A stretch of DNA of 64,000 bases from Octopus vulgaris (Eukaryota): assembly GCA_951406725.2 (NCBI GenBank), contig OX597834.1:11842001-11906000 (forward strand), in the 5' to 3' direction. Position 1 is the stretch's first letter; every line of letters starts with the position of its first letter. Positions 55,486 to 64,000 of this stretch are shown piece after piece. The notes under the pieces were generated by a model. The model saw only the letters and a program-made list of their open reading frames with translations. It did not search any database and was not told the DNA's origin. A program made the position numbers and the translations under genes.

Positions 55486-57019
55486 GACGGGCTTCTTTCA
55501 GTTTCCGTCTACCAAATCCACTCACAAGGCTTTGGTCAGCCCGAGGCTATAGCAGAAAACACTCGCCTAAGGTGCCAAGCAGTGGGACTGAAACCGGAAC
55601 CATGTGGTTCGTAAACAAGCTACTTACCACACAGCCACTCCTAAATTTTATCAAAAATAATATTCGAAGTATTCATCGAAAGAATAGGAAAAGCAATAGC
55701 TGATCCCCTACACACGCATACAGACACACAATCAATAACATGCATGCACATATAGAAAAGTTTATACATACACGCACTCTCATGTTCACAAGTTTATACA
55801 TTCATGTTTACATCTAATCCGATATTCTTAAACACGCTGACAAGAGCACAAGATCACCACTCTCCATGTAAACAACTTATTAATTATTTTAAACCTTTGT
55901 GTGCCAAACGCTATATTAGTTGATGTCATGCTGGGATTCGATGCGTTATATTCGGTTCTAAGATTGTTAAACTAAAGAGAAAACACATCTAATTGATTAA
56001 AATATTTCTCTTGATACATACACATTTACACGTATATTATGATACTTTATAAATAGGGTTCAGCAACGATTTGCTTCACCACATACCGAAGTTTAGAAAT
56101 AGCAGTCAAAAAATTTTTTAGCTATTCCTTCTACTTTAAAAGGGGCTCCCAGAAAACCCAAACTACTTGAAAACAACCCACGCTGGCAAAAGGGAAAAAT
56201 AACGAAAATCATTTTATATTGGGTTACCAACGTACTAAACCTTATTTATAAAGTATTACTTAAGCTTACCATGAGATGGTCTTTTTCATGCCGAATTCTG
56301 CTTGGTGAAATTACTGATTACTTCTTAATTAATTAATTACCTTTGTTATTATTCATATATTATGATACATAGATGTATATTTACTAAACTGATTCAACAG
56401 CACTGTAACAAACCCGTACATACATACGAACATTAGCAGCGAGGCTGACACATATGTTCATAGACGTGCATGGGTGCGTGTTTTCCTTATTACAGATATA
56501 TATTCATTAATTCATAAATTAGTTAAAGCATACTCCAAATTATTCTATATTTCCTGCACTATATCCTTCTCAAATAACTTGTTTTAGTTGGGTTTTAGAT
56601 TAATTTCGTTTTATCTTTTGCATTTTTATCTCCCTTTCATTGAATATTCATGCTTCGTTTTCGATTAAGAATTTTGTTTCTTTCCTAAAAAATTAATCGA
56701 TATGGCAATGAATCTAATTCATGTCCCTTTGGCTAATACCCAATGTACCTCTCTGCCTTGACTTAATGTACATTATTTTCTTTGAAATATATAGTTTCCA
56801 TAGAACGTGGTACCTTTTTCTTTTGCAAACTCAGATAACAAAGTAGAGTACTATGCGAATATACATACGTATATGCGCACACACACACACACTCATGTAC
56901 ATATTTACATACATACACACACATATACGAGTGAATTGAATGGTTCACACTCCTTTGAAGGAATTACTTTTTTCCCTCGTTTGTTATATTATAATTCATT
57001 ATATATATATATATATATA

Positions 57020-57198
57020 GGGAGAATTCACGAGAAAAACAAAAGACGAAGACAGGTGGTGTAGAAAACAAACAGATATATTAGTATAACGCTCGGGAAT
57101 TGAAAAAGTCTTTTACGTTTCGAGCCTACGCTCTTCCACAGAAAAGAACAGAGAAAGAAACAAGGAAAGAAAAAAATGTGTTTAGTGGCCACCGATCT
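57020..57198 (-). mobile_element. ~180 bp Penelope-type module with hammerhead (57110-57145, core CUGUGGA)
   Basis: Minus strand tttt-CTGTGGA-a-gagc(gtag)gctc-GAAA-cg-TA-aaag. Homologous to 37421-37600. Confidence 0.7.
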
Positions 57199-57207
57199 CT
57201 CTCTATA

Positions 57208-57290
<83 letters not shown>

Positions 57291-57492
57291 GCGCACATTT
57301 ATATATTATAATATATATACATATACACACACATTTATATAATCATGCATATGTATAGGTATATGCATACGTATATACAAGAGCGTATAAGTATACGTAT
57401 CTGTCTATGCGTGTATATGAATGTATGTGTATGTGAGCGCGCAGGTACTGACCTGCGACACGATTTAGAATAATACATACAGAAATTGATAT

Positions 57493-57704
57493 TACAGTTC
57501 TATATTTAAGAGATGAGGAATTATGTACATTATCTACATTTGACGGATATTTGTCCTCATCTTGTTTGTTCTTAAGACAACGTTCGAAACCCAGGTTCAA
57601 AATTTCCCCAAGAAACCTGATGAAGGCTGGAGGGTATATCAGCCGAAACGTTGTGTTAACAACAAACAAGATGAGGACAAATATCCTTCAAATGTAAATA
57701 ATGT
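57493..57704 (+). mobile_element. Penelope-like inverted pLTR insertion with hammerhead and 12 bp TSD
   Basis: Inverted arms at 57526-57586 and 57644-57705, hammerhead at 57612-57657, and direct repeat agaaattgatat at 57481-57492 and 57705-57716. Confidence 0.8.
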
Positions 57705-58194
57705 AGAAATTGATATGTTATTGATATTCCGATTAGCATTTCCTTCTGATATGTCCCCTAATAAGATTAGACGACCATTCGAATTTGGCATTCACAACCG
57801 AAAATGATCATGGAACTATCCTTTCTAAATTAGGTCCAATTAGACAAAGGAATCAATTAGAAACGGAGAGGCTTCTGTTACACTATCGTGGAGAATATAG
57901 ACAATTACTTATGTATGTCTGTACTTATGCATATATACAGGCATGTATGTACGTATGTTTGTATATAGGTATGTATATATAAATATACATAAATATCTAT
58001 CTATCTATATATATATATATGTGTGTGTGTGTATGTATATATAAAAACTTACTTGGAGAAAAGAAAAGAAACGAAACGACGCGAGGGCGCTCAGTCCTGT
58101 ACTCATATATATATATATATATATGCATGTATATATACATGTCGATGTAGGTACGTACATATATGTATGTATGTATGCATATATTTTATTTATT

Positions 58195-58235
<41 letters not shown>

Positions 58236-58238
<3 letters not shown>

Positions 58239-58519
58239 CGTGACTGAACAGGCTATCAGGTTTTGCTACACATCGCTGGTCACAATGCACCTCACATTGT
58301 TTTAACCTTCAAATGACGCCACCCAGCAAGCCAAGCTAGCAGGCCAACAGAAGAAAGGGTGAGAGGAAGTTATGGCGAAATAGTACAGCAGGGATCGCCC
58401 CACACTGACGGAGCCTCGTGGAGCTTTACGTGTTTTCGCTGAATAAACATTCACAACGCCCGCTCTGAGAATCGAAACCGCGAGTCCGCTTCCCTAAACA
58501 CTGGGCCATTGCGCCTCCC
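58236..58519 (-). mobile_element. tRNA-derived SINE family C, tail type 2
   Basis: Head and core match 39614-39800 (ggaggcgcaatggc..gcggactcgc..gcgaaaacac..ctccacgag..tctcaccc); the 3' ~125 bp are unrelated. Confidence 0.8.
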
Positions 58520-59224
58520 AGTATAAATATATATTTACAAAAATATATAAGTACATATGTATATATTAGTGTGCTTGTGTGTGTTTGTGTGTGTGTAGAA
58601 TTTAGTTAGATATACACACAGACACACATACATACATACATAATAATGGGAGTTGAAATATGACAAAACATCACAGAAATGAAAGCCACAAAATGGAAAT
58701 AACAATACTTTATGTTGTATATTGTTTAATGCTCTAACGATTCTGCCACCGAAAGACATTGGTTTTTTTTTTTTTTTTTATAAAATATATTATAAAAAGC
58801 GACTGTCACCTATCTCTGAATATACTACTTTTCACATACAATATAATATGAATGTTTATATTATTTACTTTTAAAATTCAAAATAAACCAATATATCACA
58901 GTGTCAAATTAAGATTAACAATATTGAAAGATGAAAAAACAATCTTTCAAGTCGTAAATCTGTCCCTGCCTTTAGTTTTTTTCATTGTTTTTGTGTGTGT
59001 GTGTGTGTGTTTTTGTGTGTGTGCTTCTGTGTGTGTGCTTCTGTGTGTGTGCTTCTGTGTGTGTGCTTCTGTGTGTGTGCTTCTGTGTGTGTGCTTCTGT
59101 GTGTGTGTGCACATGAGCTTGAGTGTCTGTGTGTATGCATACAGACGAATAAAGCGATATACATCTAAATATATATATATGTATCTATCTGTCACTTAAT
59201 CTATCCCTGTCTATCAGTCAATCT

Positions 59225-59778
59225 ATCTATCTCTCTATCTATTAGTGTATGTGTATCTATCTATCTCTCTATCTATTAGTGTATGTGTCTATCTCTCTAT
59301 CTCTCCATCTATTAGTGTATGTGTCTATCTCTCTATCTATTAGTGTATGTGTCTATCTCTCTATCTATTAGTGTATGTGTCTATCTATCTATCTCTCCAT
59401 CTATTAGTGTATGTGTCTATCTCTCTATCTCTCCATCTATTAGTGTATGTGTCTATCTCTCTATCTCTCCATCTATTAGTGTATGTGTCTATCTCTCTAT
59501 CTCTCCATCTATTAGTGTATGTGTCTATCTCTCTATCTCTCCATCTATTAGTGTATGTGTCTATCTATCTATCTCTCTATCTATTAGTGTATGTGTCTAT
59601 CTCTATCTCTCCATATATTAGTGTATGTGTCTATCTCTCTATCTATTAGTGTATGTGTCTATCTCTCTATCTCTCCATCTATTAGTGTATGTGTCTATCT
59701 ATCTATCTCTCTATCTATTAGTGTATGTGTCTATCTATCTCTCCATGTATTAGTGTATGTGTCTATCTATCTGTCTAT
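59225..59778. repeat. 36/28 bp minisatellite (ctattagtgtatgtgtctatctctctatctctccat)
   Basis: About 16 units with and without an 8 bp block. Confidence 0.92.
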
Positions 59779-60087
59779 CTGTCTGCATTATACTGTTATG
59801 AAGTTATATATACGCGCAGCCAAACATGTTTATGCGTATGTACATGCCTGTATATGTGTGTGTGAATGTGTATGTGTGCGTGTGTGTATGTATGTGTGTG
59901 TAGGTATGTTTATGAGCATGAATTGGTGTATTCGTTTGAATGACTAATACCACCCACGTGGCGTAGAACTGAGTAAAACGAATGTTAACGAAAAGAAAAA
60001 AATGTTTGTGCACATTTTTTCACGTTGTTTATTCCACAATAAATTTCGAAGGAAAGTATAAAAAGACTACTCAGAAAAAACACACAC

Positions 60088-60127
<40 letters not shown>

Positions 60128-60599
60128 GTATATATCAACAAACTTAAAAAGAACAAAGGAATCCAGTGAAAGAAACTGTAACCCACCCCCACACACATAT
60201 ACCATAATCAACGCCTTTCACTTAGAAAAAACCGTGACACACAAACAATAAAATTTCAAAACAAGTTTTTTCGGGTGTTCTGTAGCTTCCAATTATATTT
60301 ACGTACCAATTTACAAAGCGTTCTCAAAGAACATTTAAATTATTCTCCACATGTTATTGAATACTCCAAGCTTTTATAGTCTTCATTTTCTGATGTTTCC
60401 CTACATTCTGTATATTAGTTTTTCTCTCTTTCTCTCTCACACCTTTTTTTTTTTTCTTTTTGCTATATCGGCCGTAAACTTTATCTTCATTAAAAGTTGA
60501 GGGAATGACAAGATGAACTTATATAAAGCTTACTTCACAAACAGTGCCGAGTATAAATTCCCTGACAGATGTTATTTTCTGTGCATGGCCGATACACTT

Positions 60600-61235
60600 A
60601 ACAAATATTGTGTTGGCGCACTGAAGACCTCACTAAAATTTAAGTACAACAGACCTGATGCAAGGATTTTGGATAGAGAAGAGAAATTGTTTACAGGTGT
60701 GGAAACTAGCTGCCCAGCGGATCTTAACATAGAGCCGAAGACCAATGAAAAAGAGAATACCTACGCTGAACTGTTTGAGAAAGCTGAAGGTACTCTATCC
60801 AGACTACAAATACAGGTTTATACTTGTAATTTTTGGGGGTCCTAGGATATCTAACACCCTGTCAAAATACTAATCTTGAGAAATTAGGCTCCTCAGAACC
60901 AGAAAGGAGAAAGCTAATTCGAAGAGTACCGATCCAGTCCATCATTGGAACTGTAAAAATCTGTAACGCTTTCGAGAAGTTTGTAATTTAAATATATTTG
61001 AGCATGTCTCCATATGCAGCTAAGAATACATACATAAAACAAAACATACAAATATTCACATATGCAAGCAAGCAAGCAAGCAAGCATGCATGCATGCATG
61101 CATACATGCATGCATACATACATACATACATATAAAAATGCTCTGTTGTTGATGCTGAAATTCCAATGAAGAGGCATTGGATCTAGTTTGGAAACCGATT
61201 CTTTTTTCTATTGAAAAAAATCTTAAAATAACACT
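60600..61235 (+). mobile_element. 3' fragment of an RLE-type (R4/Dong/NeSL-like) non-LTR retrotransposon
   Basis: KYNRPDARILDREEKLFTGVETSCPADLNIEPKTNEKENTYAEL is an RPD..E..CP..EK..Y restriction-like endonuclease motif. It continues after frameshifts as LYPDYKYRFILVI.G.LG...IIGTVKIC, followed by a probable 3' UTR. Confidence 0.8.
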
Positions 61236-61275
61236 GAATAATGACACACACATACACACACATTATGTGTGTGTG

Positions 61276-61321
<46 letters not shown>

Positions 61322-62516
61322 CATACATACACAAATATACACTCATAATTACAATTTATATATATATTTATGTATATATATATAGTGTAATAAATAAAAT
61401 ATATGCATACATACAAACATATGTACGTACCGACATCTACATGTTTATATACATGCATATATACGTCCAGGAGATCACAGGAAGACGAAAAATTCAACAG
61501 AACGAAAACGGAAAAGACATTTTGTTACAACTATATATATATATATATTATTTTATCAAATTTGCCATAGAGGCAGTGATGCATGTATATACATATGTCG
61601 ATATATACATCTATATATTTATATATATATATATATATATTAGTTTTTTTTATATGTTCTTGTATCTCTTGCGTGTCTGTGTGTGCATGTTTGTCTGTCT
61701 GTGTGCCAGGTATGCTAACTTAATGTTATAGTGTACTGAAGAACCTGAATTATGATATATATGATACTGAAAAATAATATCTCACACCTAACATTATTCA
61801 ATATGACAATTGCTTTATAAATGCATATAAATAGTTTCAACATGCACACATCTGGTTCTTTCATTAATGTTACTAACGTAACTCTGCAACGTTCAAAAGA
61901 TAAATTGTTATTTATTTTAAATGATATTTTGAATTGTTTAAAGTTCCCATTGCACATGCTCTTTATATGTTTTGACTACGTTGATTTAGGAAACTCAAAA
62001 ACTTAATGATCTCTATCACGCTAATGTGTAACTATATGTTTCTTGATGCTGTATTATAAATATACAATCCATTTGTCCGAATGTTGTGGTTTTTGACGGG
62101 GTTGGGTGTATTATACTGAGCAGCATTGCTCATTTTCCAGCGAAGTAAATTTGATCGATGTGGCATGAAGTTTTTTACTGACGAATAATACGTGTCACTC
62201 AGTCCAAGAATTCAAACCTTAATATGATCAGGAGCGCAAGACACGAACAATTCCGAACATTCACCAACGCTTTCAGTTTCATAAATTTATATGGGTGTAT
62301 ACGATATGCGTGTATACTTGTCTCTATGCACTTATGGGCTGTCTTCTGTATGTGTGTGTGTGCCTACATGCATTTCGCTGTGTGTCTGTGGTAATATGAG
62401 ATTTACTTAGATTCTTCTCTCTCCAAATTAGAAGATTGAATGGAAGTGTTTTAACGTTTCTCTTAGAAAGAAAAGAAATAAGATTCTACACATATAATAG
62501 AGAACATTTATTTCAG

Positions 62517-62609
62517 TATATATATATACATACACACACACATATACATACATACACACACATACATATACATACATACACACACATACATATACATACA
62601 CACACACAC

Positions 62610-62650
<41 letters not shown>

Positions 62651-62860
62651 CATACACACACATATATACATACACACACACACACATATACATACACACA
62701 CACACACATATATACATACACACACATACACACATATATACATACACACACACACATATATATACATACATATATACATGTATGCAAACATATATACATA
62801 CATATATACATACATATATACATACATATATACATACATACATATGTGTGTGTGTGCTAA
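62517..62860. repeat. (CA/TA)n compound microsatellite
   Basis: Direct reading. Confidence 0.95.
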
Positions 62861-63731
62861 AATTCACAAACTAAATACAAAACTCTAAACAAAAATATCA
62901 CTTATACGCTCTCTTCCTCGTGAACGCTTGACATGCCTCTTGGCGGATCAATATATGCATTTTTTTTTCCAACATAAATTACGTTGCACACACCGCATCT
63001 TGCTCGATCAAGAACAGATTGAGAACTCTTAATGCACCAATGCCTCATCTTCTTTACCTAAGCTACAAGGTCTCATGCAAAGACATTTACTTAAAATATA
63101 AAGCATATTCGATTCCTCTAGAAAGCAGACATTTTAGCACAAAGTTACATATAGAAAATCAATTTTCTATCTGCTTTCCTTTACTTGGAGTTTGTTATTT
63201 ATAATTTTTCAAGGCTATAATAGAATGAAATACTTTACACACATAATAAACATATATGTTTTGGCTGCTTATTCCTTGAACAATATTTATTGATTTTTAT
63301 TGGAGGGGGTGTTTTAAACTCCTTGTATAATAAATATCGATTTTCTAGTTATCTTTAAAATGTCAATAATGCACAATACTCTCTCTTTTCCCTTTTCGTC
63401 ATGAATCGCTTATAGAACCGGAGGTTCAAATATATGTTAAGTTCAAGATAACATGACTGCGAACGAGAATATATGTATTAACTTTAACCGAATCGTTTTT
63501 TAAAGTACAACAATGAATTAATTCCCTTGAAGGCGGAAGACTAAATATTTAACATGTATAATGATTGAGAAAATAGGATAGCTTAAAATCAATTATTTCT
63601 TTTGCATTGTTGAGAGAAGATAGACAATTCCGTCACCCACTCGAAATACTGATACACCAGTTAAGTAAAATTTCTGATGCGCAATTTGTGTGTTTCACAG
63701 AAAGACATTTTAGAATTTCTAATATTTAACA

Positions 63732-63950
63732 GCCCCCTCCAAAGCCCAACCGTTCTCCTCACCGTGGTGCTGGGGGTGGCAACGGCATATGGTAAGAATG
63801 CTGGCTAAACGGCTCTGGCCTGGGGAAAGACCTGGCCACCTACCCCAGTATCATGGCCAATATACTCTATGGATCAAAAGTGTAAGAATTTCTAAGAGGA
63901 CACTGATCCAACGAGTGACTGAGAGTCGACTTCGACTAAGCGGATAGAAA
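63732..63950 (+). mobile_element. Short RTE-derived element with candidate HDV-like ribozyme head
   Basis: GC-rich island. ggccacctaccccagtatcatggcc..ctatgga..gatcca..gagtcgacttcgactaagcg resembles the bipartite RTE (Bov-A-type) 5'UTR plus 3' tail, and the 5' part partly fits an HDV-like fold. Confidence 0.55.
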
Positions 63951-64000
63951 GAGAATATTTAAGAGAAAAAGGATGGTTTAATTACGGAGATGTACTTGGA

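Larger units (their letters stand above)
55029..55642 (-). mobile_element. SINE family A interrupted by a nested insertion in its internal (TA)n
   Basis: 3' half at 55029-55270 and 5' half at 55455-55642 flank a foreign 184 bp segment. Confidence 0.88.

Noticed and set aside
61720-62010. Possible Penelope endonuclease C-terminus on the minus strand (SKHIKSMC..FKI)
   Set aside because: Similarity too weak to support by eye.

Overview
AT-rich, repeat-saturated eukaryotic non-coding DNA. The SINE types and extreme (TA)n/(CA)n density suggest an octopus or other coleoid cephalopod genome (inference). No host protein-coding exon can be supported, and almost every ORF in the track is translated microsatellite. 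Contents: (i) a young, 5'-truncated CR1-group LINE with a nearly intact reverse transcriptase frame (28823-30538), inside a ~10 kb (TA)n-AATG compound satellite; (ii) about 13 copies of a tRNA-headed SINE ('family A') with an internal expandable microsatellite and the 3' tail of that LINE; (iii) a second SINE ('family B') as monomers and stereotyped dimers/trimers, plus two further tRNA-SINE types; (iv) two non-autonomous Helitrons and decayed mariner/Tc1, R4-like (RLE), RTE and Penelope-like remnants; (v) several 180-210 bp Penelope-type modules carrying minimal hammerhead ribozymes, and an RTE-derived short element with a candidate HDV-like ribozyme head; (vi) several minus-strand polypyrimidine-YAG|GTRAG motifs resembling recursive splice sites, which would place the window in a giant intron of a minus-strand gene. 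Family names come from motif recognition only; no database search was run.
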